Shown: positions 9,468-18,884 of the stretch, one piece after another | Numbering within the stretch: position 1 is the stretch's first letter | How the letters are laid out: the number at the start of each line of letters is the position of its first letter | Source of the DNA: Candidatus Poribacteria bacterium | GTDB lineage: Bacteria > Poribacteria > WGA-4E > WGA-3G | Direction of reading: 5' to 3' | Length of the DNA stretch: 64,000 nucleotides | NCBI GenBank assembly: GCA_965205025.1 | Contig: CBDBFU010000004.1 | Span: 64,001 to 128,000, forward strand | Program-made: the position numbers and the translations under genes | Notes under the pieces: generated by a model | Databases searched by the model: none | What the model was told of the DNA's origin: nothing | The model's input: the letters and a program-made list of their open reading frames with translations, nothing else

Positions 9468-12400
9468 GTGAACGCAATGCCTAACGCACGACAGCAACGC
9501 AAACTTGACAACCATCTCACCCTTCACGGATGGTTAAATAGCCACTTCAAGTACAAAACAACACAAGACCTTCTTAACGCAGTAAAAAACGAAGAGGAAG
9601 GCTTCAATCCAGATGGACACTCTCCCATCTGTGAATTTCTTATCTCCCGTGCAGAGCCAGATTCAGCAATTGAGAATGCCCTACCAACCTACGACAGTAA
9701 CATCAAACGACACCTGTCCGCTATAAACAGTAAACGTACACAACCGATTGTTCTCCGCTATTTCCAATACCTTTCCCTGATCTATACCGAAATATTCCTT
9801 GATTGGAAATTCAACAAAAGTGGTGAATTCTTACGTCAACTCAATGATTTTGTCCAAACACGTAACGATGCGCGAGCACCGAGTGACGCGATGGATACAC
9901 CTTTTTCAGAAGCAGACGTTGAAAAACTCGCCTTCTGGATGGCAACGGGTGCTGGCAAAACACTTATTATGCACATCAATTATCACCAGTTCCTGCATTA
10001 CTGCAAAGAAAAGTTAGACCACATTGTGCTTATCACACCTAACGAAGGATTAAGCGAACAGCACATGCGTGAACTCGCAAACTCGGATATCCGATGCGAA
10101 CGGTTTAACGTTGAAGGTAATCGTCTGTCGCACGCGGACGATACGATGCAAGTCATTGAAATTACAAAGTTAGTAGAGGAAAAAACAGGTAGCGGGGTAA
10201 GTGTTCCAGTTGAGGCATTTGAGGGAAATAATCTTATTCTTGTTGATGAAGGACATAAAGGCAGCGGTGGTAAAGTTTGGCGTGAATACCGAGAAGCACT
10301 TGCCGAAACAGGTTTCACTTTTGAATACAGTGCGACCTTCGGACAGGCACTCGCTGCTGCAAGCAATGCTGATCTCATTGATGAGTACGGTAAATCCATT
10401 GTATTTGATTATTCCTACCGATATTTCTATGGTGATGGATACGGTAAGAACTTCCGCATTCTCAACGTCAAACATGACGACGCAACCCAAACGGAGATGC
10501 TACTTTTAGGCAATCTTCTGAGCTTCTATGAACAGAGACGTTATTTCAGTCAAAATACTGAGGTAGTGTGTGATTACGGTTTAGACTCGCCACTGTGGGC
10601 ATTTGTCGGTAGTAGGGTGAATGCCGTTTATTCCGAAAACAAACAATCACGTTCTGATGTTCTTAACGTTATAAGCTTTCTGCATCAGTTCCTGAGAAAT
10701 GAAAAAGGATGGGCAATTGATACTATTGAGAAAATCCTCAACAACGATTCCGGATTAAAAGATGACAACGGTAGCGATGTTTTTTACAATAGACTTAGTT
10801 ATCTCAAAGAATCCAGAGATACACCAGCGCAAATTTACACCGCTATTCTCAACGAGGTATTTCACACTGATTCAAGTGGGGAATTACACCTGAGTGACGT
10901 CCGTAATGCTCCTGGTGAAATCGCTTTAAAAACAACACATGGTAGTAAGGAATTCGGACTCATTTACATCGGTGACACGTCTGCCTTCAAAAAACTTGTT
11001 GAAAATGACGATGCAGGTATTAAAACGGATTCTGAAGATGTTCTCACCGAGAGTCTCTTTAACGGCATTAACACCGTTGACAGTCCAATTAATATTCTCA
11101 TTGGCGCGAAAAAGTTCATTGAAGGATGGGACAGTTGGCGTGTCACCGCTATGGGACTATTGAACATTGGTAAGCAAGAAGGCTCTCAGATCATTCAGCT
11201 TTTCGGCAGAGGGGTTCGCCTACGTGGCAATGATATGTGTCTTAAACGAAGTAGTGCCGTTGGTGGTGAACATCCGCCTAATCTTCCACTTTTAGAAACA
11301 CTTAACATTTTTGCTGTCCGTGCCAATTTCATGGTACAATTCCGAGATTACCTTATGCGTGAGGGTGTCCCACCCGACGAACCTGTCCAATTGGAATTAC
11401 CCATCAAACCGAACATAAATTACCTTTCGAATCAACTTTTTGTTCCAAAAGTGTTGGAATATAACAAAGCTGCGAAAGGAAAGTGTGTAATGCTTAAAGC
11501 AGATCCAGCTGCTATTATTTCCCATACGACCCAAAGCGTTGAGATTATTGGGAGTAGTTCACAGAGTGGTATCCAAGGGGATCGAGCGGATGCGGCACTC
11601 CAAACTCATATTGAAGATAAATACTTGAAATTAGTAGACTGGGAGAACATTTACTTGCAACTCCTTGAGTACAAGCAAGAAAAAGAATTTCATAATCTGA
11701 TTTTTAATACCGAGATTCTTCAACAGATACTTAATCCAAACAAAGGTTTATATGAACTTTATGTCATGGATGAGTCTGAAGTTATGCCGAAATCATTTGT
11801 TGAATTGGAACGATTAGAGGAATTAGTACTAACACTCCTCCGCAAATATATTGCTAAATTTTATCGTATTATTCAAAAACGTTGGAATGATGAAGCAGTA
11901 CGCTTAGATAAGTTGAAAAAAGAGAACCCTAACTTCACTAATTGGAAAGTTTCCATCCCTCGAGAGGATGCAAGTGAACTTGAGCCACAAATAAAACATC
12001 TCATAGAAAATGGCGTTATATATGGACCTGATTTAACCCATCTTCCCAATATCTATAATGACCGTCATCTCTACCAACCCCTTCTCACTGTAGGTGAAGT
12101 AGACACGGTGTTACGTACAACCCCGCCAGCCTTAGAGGAAAGTGAAAAACACTTTGTCGAAGATCTTCGTCGTTACGTACGTAATCAAGATGAGACACTC
12201 CTTGCCAAAAAGGAGATTTACCTCTTACGTAACCAGAGCCGTGGCAAAGGAATGGGTTTTTTCGTAAATGAAGGCTTTTACCCCGACTTCATCCTCTGGA
12301 TACTTGAAGGTGTGAAACAGCGGATCGTTTTCATAGAACCCCACGGTATGATCTATGAAGTCATAAATGAACACAACGACAAAATTACTCTTTTCAAGAG

Positions 12401-12617
12401 ACTGCGATCCCTCTCCCATGAACGTTTCCGTGGTGAACACGTGCAAATGGATGCCTATATGATTTCAAGAACCAGTATGTCTAATCTTATACGTAAATAT
12501 CAAGACGAGGACAGAGATACATTTGCAGAAAAATGGCATATCCTTTTCCGCACCGATACCGATCCCACCTACCTTTCCCCAATCTTTCAAGATCCAGATT
12601 CAGATTTTTCTGCCTGA
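9468..12617 (+). CDS. res: Type III restriction endonuclease/helicase (Res subunit)
   Basis: WMATGAGKT, VDEGH, EYSATF, KKFIEGW, QLFGRGVRL and C-terminal nuclease FYPDFILW..FIEPHG. Start could be ATG 9477. Confidence 0.92.
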   Translation: MNAMPNARQQRKLDNHLTLHGWLNSHFKYKTTQDLLNAVKNEEEGFNPDGHSPICEFLISRAEPDSAIENALPTYDSNIKRHLSAINSKRTQPIVLRYFQYLSLIYTEIFLDWKFNKSGEFLRQLNDFVQTRNDARAPSDAMDTPFSEADVEKLAFWMATGAGKTLIMHINYHQFLHYCKEKLDHIVLITPNEGLSEQHMRELANSDIRCERFNVEGNRLSHADDTMQVIEITKLVEEKTGSGVSVPVEAFEGNNLILVDEGHKGSGGKVWREYREALAETGFTFEYSATFGQALAAASNADLIDEYGKSIVFDYSYRYFYGDGYGKNFRILNVKHDDATQTEMLLLGNLLSFYEQRRYFSQNTEVVCDYGLDSPLWAFVGSRVNAVYSENKQSRSDVLNVISFLHQFLRNEKGWAIDTIEKILNNDSGLKDDNGSDVFYNRLSYLKESRDTPAQIYTAILNEVFHTDSSGELHLSDVRNAPGEIALKTTHGSKEFGLIYIGDTSAFKKLVENDDAGIKTDSEDVLTESLFNGINTVDSPINILIGAKKFIEGWDSWRVTAMGLLNIGKQEGSQIIQLFGRGVRLRGNDMCLKRSSAVGGEHPPNLPLLETLNIFAVRANFMVQFRDYLMREGVPPDEPVQLELPIKPNINYLSNQLFVPKVLEYNKAAKGKCVMLKADPAAIISHTTQSVEIIGSSSQSGIQGDRADAALQTHIEDKYLKLVDWENIYLQLLEYKQEKEFHNLIFNTEILQQILNPNKGLYELYVMDESEVMPKSFVELERLEELVLTLLRKYIAKFYRIIQKRWNDEAVRLDKLKKENPNFTNWKVSIPREDASELEPQIKHLIENGVIYGPDLTHLPNIYNDRHLYQPLLTVGEVDTVLRTTPPALEESEKHFVEDLRRYVRNQDETLLAKKEIYLLRNQSRGKGMGFFVNEGFYPDFILWILEGVKQRIVFIEPHGMIYEVINEHNDKITLFKRLRSLSHERFRGEHVQMDAYMISRTSMSNLIRKYQDEDRDTFAEKWHILFRTDTDPTYLSPIFQDPDSDFSA

Positions 12618-12713
12618 TAACTGTCCATTTTATTGATTGGTTGTATTAACACAATATCTTAGCCAATTATTCTGTATTTATAGTAAACTTTAGATTTAAT
12701 TAGACACTTTACT

Positions 12714-12757
12714 TGTAGGAGCGACCTCCTGGTCGCGACCGGGAGGTCGCTCCTACA
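12714..12757. repeat. GTAG-type REP palindrome doublet
   Basis: TGTAGGAGCGACCTCCtGGTCG-CGACCgGGAGGTCGCTCCTACA, a near-perfect 44-bp palindrome. Confidence 0.8.
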
Positions 12758-12852
12758 GAAGAGGTGTGGGACGCGAACGTAAGTTGAGCCAATAGAAAAT
12801 GTAGTATTCATTTTATTGTTTACTATAGTTCTGGCTGTGTGATGAATTGCAC

Positions 12853-12888
12853 CGTAGGCGTCAATTTAGTGAGATTCGTATATTTTTA
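12853..12888 (+). repeat. Solo IS4-like terminal sequence; inverted partner at 16267-16302
   Basis: cGTAGGCGTCAATTTAG matches the IS TIR. 30/36 identity to the reverse complement of 16267-16302. Confidence 0.55.
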
Positions 12889-13163
12889 GGTTGGTTTTTA
12901 TTTGTATGAACCACCAAATCAACGCGGAGGCTTCAAATCAACGGTATGAATGCTATTTAGCATTCCCCGTGGTTAGGAAACCGAACCTACCAAGTTTGGG
13001 AAAATGGGGATTACCGAATTTAAAACTTAATCCTCATCCAGTTTGTGCAGTATTTCAATACATGCTTAACAATTGTTCATGGATTAAACATTTATAGAAA
13101 TGGTATCAGATGAAAACCAAAAATGCATTCCAATCATGCTTTAGTTATATGTATATTAACATA

Positions 13164-13254
13164 TGTGATTCACGGAGAATTGGTATACTCAAAATTATAA
13201 ACCCTTATAGAATAAGGGCTCGTAGAATTGCTCCGTGAAGGTTTCCGTGAAAGT
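13164..13254 (+). repeat. Dispersed core-plus-arm repeat (empty-site copy); inverted copy at 51431-51636
   Basis: TTCACGGA..AAACCCTTATAGAATAAGGG..TCCGTGAAggttTCCGTGAA. The reverse-complement copy at 51431-51636 is interrupted by a MITE. Confidence 0.8.
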
Positions 13255-13497
13255 ACAATCATCTCAGAAATATAAATATTAACACTTTTCTCCATTCACA
13301 TTATCCATACATCTAACATATATTAGGTATTTTATCTAACTTTGAAAGTGTATGTGGCGTTTCTGGAATCCAGATACAATAGCATCGTAATTTTTAGTGA
13401 CAATAACTTTACATACCCCTAACACATCCTGAATGTTGAAAATCCTGATTAATTGTGGTATTATCATTAAGCATACACTCAATGAAAAGAGAATAAT

Positions 13498-14544
13498 ATG
13501 TTAATAAGATCAATATCTATTTTTGGGATTTTTATCATCCTTGTTTTAGCTGCATCACTAATCTCAACCAGTTACAGTGATAATCATAAAAAGGAAGAAA
13601 TCCAAGAAAATAATACTACTTCACAGAAAAGAGAATGGTTAAATATCCAAGGTGGTGTAATTGGTGGAAGTTTCTCCCAATTTGCAGGTGGAATAAGCCA
13701 AATTGTTAAACACCATCAACCAAATATCAGAATCTCCGTGGTTGCCTCCGCTGGTTCAATTGAGAACACTCGGAGAGTTAATAAAGATAAAGATGCTCTC
13801 GGAGTAGTTTTTGCATCTGAAAGTTCCCTCGGATACCACGGTCAGGAGATCTTTGAAAAACAGGGACCAAAGACAAACATACGCATGGTCTCGCTCCTGT
13901 ATTTCGCTTATGGACAATTTTCCACACTTGAAAATAGTAAAATAAATAAACTTGAAGATATCGTTGGGAGTAAAATTGCTTGTGGTGCCCCTGGGTCTGG
14001 TACGGCACAGACGATGGAACGTCTTACAAAAGCAGCAGGGATTTGGAGGCAATTTAAACCCATTTATCGAGGTGGAACTGCAGGAGCACAAGAACTTCAA
14101 GATGGACAGGCAAAAGGATTTCTTTGGTTGGTGAGTGTGCCAAACAGTGCAATTATAGAATTAACTGCGGTTAAAAGGATCCGAATGATTGACCTTGATA
14201 CACCTGCCAAGAAGTACGGTTTCTATGATAAATATCCTTTCTATTTTTCAGGGAGTCTACCAGAAGGCGCTTATGAAGGAAAAGTCAAACCGGTAAAGAC
14301 TATTGTAATGCCAACTGTTCTTATAGCTAATAAAGCAATTTCTGAAGAGACTATCTATAATATATTAAAACATGTGTATAGTCCTGAAGGAAAGAAATTG
14401 ATGATTCAGACAAACCAAGCTGCTTCTGATATGACAGTCGAAAATGCCCCAAAAGCATTCTTAATACCACTCCATAAAGGGGCATATAGATTTTGGAAAG
14501 AACAAGGTGTAGAAATTCCTGAAGAAGCAATGCCGATAGATTAA
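13498..14544 (+). CDS. TAXI-family TRAP transporter solute-binding protein
   Basis: Signal peptide. GGVIGGSF, SAGSIEN, GAPGSGT and C-terminal IPLHKGAYRFWKEQG motifs. Confidence 0.9.
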   Translation: MLIRSISIFGIFIILVLAASLISTSYSDNHKKEEIQENNTTSQKREWLNIQGGVIGGSFSQFAGGISQIVKHHQPNIRISVVASAGSIENTRRVNKDKDALGVVFASESSLGYHGQEIFEKQGPKTNIRMVSLLYFAYGQFSTLENSKINKLEDIVGSKIACGAPGSGTAQTMERLTKAAGIWRQFKPIYRGGTAGAQELQDGQAKGFLWLVSVPNSAIIELTAVKRIRMIDLDTPAKKYGFYDKYPFYFSGSLPEGAYEGKVKPVKTIVMPTVLIANKAISEETIYNILKHVYSPEGKKLMIQTNQAASDMTVENAPKAFLIPLHKGAYRFWKEQGVEIPEEAMPID

Positions 14545-14563
14545 AAAGCAAACTTTGGCATAT

Positions 14564-14821
14564 TACTATAGTTTGGACAGTTTAAAGCGATACACATTTC
14601 GCCCCGCGAATCAACGGTATGAATGCGCGTATGGCATTCACCGGGGCTTGAACCTTGGCGGATAAAGCGTTTCTACACACATTTCGCCCCGCTGGGGCTA
14701 TGTCTGGTCTATCAGAGTTTACTTTTCTCAGAGTTGGGTTGGGCGTGAAAAAAGTGGCGAAAATCCAGAAACACTTTGAAAATAAGGGAAGCACCTTTCA
14801 GAAATTGTCCAAACTATAGTA
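14564..14821. mobile_element. MITE (about 255 bp) with perfect TIRs, probably TA-flanked
   Basis: TA-CTATAGTTTGGACA..TGTCCAAACTATAG-TA. Two internal ACACATTTCGCCCCGC REP-like units. Confidence 0.7.
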
Positions 14822-14879
14822 ACATATTAATAAATAATAAAAAAACAGCTTAATTCACGATATTAAGGAATTGGAATCC

Positions 14880-16023
14880 ATGTCAACACAAGCCTTCAAA
14901 ATAGTATCCGTCGAAAGCCTACTCTATGAATGGGACAGACCTCCTATCTGGAATGGGATGCACGTTTACGACAAAGGCAGACTACATTTGGTCAAGGTGA
15001 CTGCGAAAAGCGGCACAGAAGAAGTATACGGATACGGTTTTAATGGTGCTACTGCTGCAACAAGACCCCTTCACCTTTTTCCAATTTATTTAGACCTATT
15101 TCGTCCTGCTCTAATTGGTCACAACGCTACTGATACACCTTATATCACATGGTTAGCAGATAATTACAAGATTTATGGACCGGGTGGATATCACACACAG
15201 GTTTTAGCTGCTGTAAATCAAGCTTGTTGGGATATAAGAGGAAAACTTGAGGGTAAGTCAATCCATGAACTCTTAGGTGGTAAGAAGCAGCGTATTCGAA
15301 CATATATCGCTGGTGGATATTATAGTAGAGGAAAGGGATTAAAAGAACTACGGGAAGAGATGGAATATAATATCACTGAATTCAATACTACAGCAATTAA
15401 GATGAAAATTGGACATCAAGCTGCTGGTATTGAAACTGACTTACGTCGTATTGAGACAGTTCGTCAAGCTGTTGGTCCTGATATTAAGGTGATGGTTGAT
15501 GCTAATTGCTCTCTTTCTGTAGAGCGGGCAGAAGCCTATATTCCCGCTCTTCGAGCAAACAATATATTATGGCTTGAAGAGCCAATTCATAGTCACGATT
15601 ATAGGGGTTATAAGACAATACGTGAAATAGCGAAGGATTACGATATATATATTGCAACTGGAGAAAATGGCTACGGATTACACTACTTCCAAACACACAT
15701 AGACAACGAAGGGGCAGATGTTTTCAATTTGGATGTTGCTATCCTTCCTGGGTATGATACATCAATCAAGGTAGTTGAAGAAGCGTTAGCTGGCTGATAA
15801 ATGGATTTCCCCACATGGTGCACAAGAATTACAGATTCATATCGCTGCAAGTCGTGAGAATTGTTTGATGTTAGAATATTACCCGCCAGCGGTTGATCCG
15901 TTACGCGGGGAGATGTTCCTTCCACAAATGGAATTAGATAAGGACGGTCATGTAACTGTTCCGAGCACGCCTGGAATTGGATTTGAACCCAATTTTGAAC
16001 TACTTAAACACTATCGCATATAA
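14880..16023 (+). pseudogene. Mandelate racemase/muconate lactonizing enzyme family protein with +1 frameshift near 15792
   Basis: KMKIG, MVDANC, WLEEP and ATGEN motifs. The C-terminal part (ADKWISPHG..VPSTPGIG..HYRI*) continues in another frame to TAA 16021-16023. Confidence 0.8.
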
Positions 16024-16428
16024 TGAAATTAGAGTTTTCTAATGAAAACTATTGGTTAGTCCACGCTAATTTTACAAGAGTATTTCTTCTGTAGGAGGGG
16101 ATTCCCAACCGAGATCTTTTGTACTTGATCCACTTAATCTGTCCCCCAAACAACTAAGCACCTCAAATCCCTCTCCTCCATGTAATCCGCGATTCAGAAA
16201 AGAAACCATTCGCATACCAAGACCCTCTCATCCGTGAAATCTGTGATTCAGACAACCCAAATTTTATAAAAATAAACAAATCTCACTAAATTTACACATA
16301 AGGATAAGGGACAAATTATTTACATACCTTAAGAATATCCTAAGAAGAATCTAATTTGATTAAATTGATGAATTCTGATATATTTCTACCAAATTTATAC
16401 GGTTAATTCCTATAAGGAGGTAGAGTGA

Positions 16429-17223
16429 ATGAAACCTGTCTATTTCATATTACTACTTATTCTCATCGTAAATATATCTGTGTTAGCCGAAATTCCAAAC
16501 GATAAAGACTTGCTATTGTGGATTGGTGAAGGAAGTGGTGCAAGAGCCATTGATGCTACGGGCAATGGGAATGATGGTACATTTGGTGGTTCAGCAAAAT
16601 GGGTTGCTGGACAAGGAAAATACGATGATGGAATTGTTCTTCGAGGAAAAGAGACATATCTTGAAATACCTAATGTAATTACCGAAACAGGAAGTGTAGT
16701 TTTTTGGTTCAAACCCGATTGGGATGGTAAAGATGATAAGGATTACAGACTTTTCGATGCAAGTCTTGGTGCCATTTACTTTTTTATCGGGAAAGGTTCC
16801 GCCCACCCAGACATTGCCCCACCACACTTTGGTATCTATTTTGAGGCTGCAGACGATGCTGATTGGCAGGATGTTGACTTTGATCCTACAGGTATCATTA
16901 AAAAAGGCCAATGGTTTCATTGTGCTGTTACCTGGGATTTCACTGGTGGACCACCATATGTCTATATTGACGGGAAAGAACGAGTTAAAAGCCGTGATAT
17001 TACAGGAGGATTCCCAAAACTACACGAAAAGCCAAGATTTGGTTGGGAAACTGTAGAGTATGTCGCAATGAACAACGGAGCTGAAGGAATCATTGATGAG
17101 ATATCATTCTGGGCACGTGCCTTAGATGTAGATGATATTCAGGATTTGATGGGTATAAGTCAGGATGTCGATGCAGTAGAGAAGTTGGCTATTTCATGGG
17201 GGGAACTGAAAGTAATCAAATAA
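16429..17223 (+). CDS. Secreted LamG/concanavalin-like domain protein with Poribacteria-type C-terminal tail
   Basis: AGGAGG RBS, signal peptide, DATGNGNDG, WFHCAVTWD, GIIDEISFW, tail VDAVEKLAISWGELK. Confidence 0.85.
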   Translation: MKPVYFILLLILIVNISVLAEIPNDKDLLLWIGEGSGARAIDATGNGNDGTFGGSAKWVAGQGKYDDGIVLRGKETYLEIPNVITETGSVVFWFKPDWDGKDDKDYRLFDASLGAIYFFIGKGSAHPDIAPPHFGIYFEAADDADWQDVDFDPTGIIKKGQWFHCAVTWDFTGGPPYVYIDGKERVKSRDITGGFPKLHEKPRFGWETVEYVAMNNGAEGIIDEISFWARALDVDDIQDLMGISQDVDAVEKLAISWGELKVIK

Positions 17224-17304
17224 TTTTCAACATAATGTATCTTATGGATTATAATAACTGTCCTTACTATTATTAAAACCTATATTGATTAAACACATGT
17301 CCGC

Positions 17305-17343
17305 AAAAAGGGGTAGTTGTTTTCAAACAACTACCCCTTTTTT
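17305..17343. terminator. Bidirectional intrinsic terminator between convergent genes
   Basis: AAAAA-GGGGTAGTTGTTT-tc-AAACAACTACCCC-TTTTTT. Confidence 0.85.
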
Positions 17344-17358
17344 ATTATTGCAATTTAA

Positions 17359-18429
17359 CTAAAAGGAATATAACGCCATCACAGAAACTAACATACCCAA
17401 TTTGAAGGCATCATTCTCTTGATATGTTCCATCTGACAGTCTAACATTATCATCATAGAGGGTTTCCTGTTGTATTGGAAGCATGACTGTTATTGACAAT
17501 GGCACATTATATGGTGTTGCAATCGATGCTCCAAAAGATGCCAGACTAAATCGCAGCCCAGTATTGATGTCAATTTCTCCTGCCCAATGTGCATAGGACT
17601 GATACAACCCAAGATAACTTGCCTGAAGAGTTACCCAATTATTGACTATGTAATTCAATCCTGCTGTATAAGTGATATCCCAAGAACCTCGATAGGTTTT
17701 ACTGTTTTCATAGAAAGGGTATTTGCCTCTTACATTGAGATTCGCACTCAACCCCCCATAAACAGGTAAAATGTATCGAATATCACCTATGGGATTAAAT
17801 GTACCTGTTCCAAATTGTATATGTAGATGCTTCAACCCTTTGTCACCAAGTATCCACGGATCTTCTTCAGTCTTACCCAACGGTAGCGTTGTTCCAAACT
17901 TAGCAAATAGTGTATCGTGCTGCATTAATATACCATGTGTGGTATACCCTAAAAGAAGATCCATATCTGAAATACCGCGGTAGGTTTCGTTCCGATGATG
18001 GATGTCTTGATTACGTAACATTGCCTCTTTCTGCAAGCTATCAGCCGGTTCTACCTCAACAATATTCGCATCCTGACTTTTTATTTCATAAGGGAGAGCA
18101 GCTTCCAAACGCCAATCATTATTGATGTGATATTTTAAGCCAAAATCGAATCGGACTACATTCAACTTCACTTCATGACGGTGCAATGGTACTAAAATCA
18201 CATCGCCAGAAGGAGACAAACCTTTTGCTTCGTGGTGTCCACCTTGGGCATAAAATCCTCGCGTCCCAAAAGATACCTGGAATTTACTATTTTCTGAAGT
18301 TAACCTAACTTCACTTACCCCACCCTGAGGGATAGTGGGGTTGCTTCACGCACCTCAGCTTTCTTGGGCAAAACCGAGTGGAAGGAAAATAAACTGTAGT
18401 GTTATAAATAACAAAAAAAGAAGTCTCAT
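17359..18429 (-). CDS. Putative outer-membrane beta-barrel channel (COG4313/SphA-like) and candidate selenoprotein with N-terminal UxxU, 356 aa
   Basis: ATG 18429 with AAGGA RBS is in frame with the track ORF and reads MRLLFLLFITLQFIFLPLGFA-QES-U-GA-U-SNPT. TGA at 18357-18355 and 18348-18346. Barrel-like motifs GISDMDL, LPLGK, QFGTG and terminal Phe (ALYSF). Confidence 0.8.
18317..18341 (-). promoter_or_regulatory. Candidate bacterial SECIS hairpin downstream of the UxxU codons
   Basis: ACCCCAC-UAUCCCUCAGG-GUGGGGU begins 13 nt after the first UGA and 4 nt after the second. GC-rich against an AT-rich background. Confidence 0.55.
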
Positions 18430-18551
18430 TATTTTTCCTTTGGAATTATATTAGTATGTATTTAACATTTTAGTTGTATATTGACACACTTGTAATCACT
18501 CAAAGTTCCCAAATCAGCATTGAGAGCATTACAATGAATTGTTTAGATTTA

Positions 18552-18665
18552 ATGAAGATTAATTTACTAATTCGGTAACTTTCCTGTAAAGTCCGGTACG
18601 GTTAGGAAACCGCACCTACCGGGTTTGGGAAAGTAGAATTACCGAAATATTTACTTAATCCTCAT
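18552..18665. mobile_element. 114-bp MITE family A, copy 1 (identical to 51476-51589)
   Basis: TIRs ATGAAGATTAA / TTAATCCTCAT, internal hairpin CCGGTAcGGTtaGGaaaCCgcACCTACCGG. Partial related copy near 12970-13037. Confidence 0.85.
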
Positions 18666-18694
18666 ACAATCTAAATATACATGCTATATACATG

Positions 18695-18723
18695 ATTTTA
18701 ACATATACAATCACAGTTGTCAA
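18695..18723 (-). promoter_or_regulatory. Sigma70-type promoter facing the UxxU gene
   Basis: Minus strand TTGACA, 17 bp, TGnTAAAAT. Confidence 0.55.
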
Positions 18724-18793
18724 AATAGATTAATATGTAAATTAAATCTTCCCATAATACCGTTAGTGTACTGTATAACACCCTAAAATCATA

Positions 18794-18822
18794 TTGACAG
18801 GACAGAAATGATAACATATACT
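18794..18822 (+). promoter_or_regulatory. Sigma70-type promoter of the ABC operon
   Basis: TTGACA, 17 bp, TATACT. Confidence 0.6.
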
Positions 18823-18884
18823 TTATCCTCAATCAACATTGATAATTTCATGATATAAAAGCAACAAATTTAAATGGAGAAATA

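Noticed and set aside
12891-13097. 68-aa ORF
   Set aside because: It is composed of MITE/REP fragments, has a TTG start and shows no protein-like motifs.
15795-15800. TGA ending the enolase ORF as a selenocysteine codon
   Set aside because: It is immediately followed by TAA and the homologous sequence continues in a different frame, so this is a frameshift.
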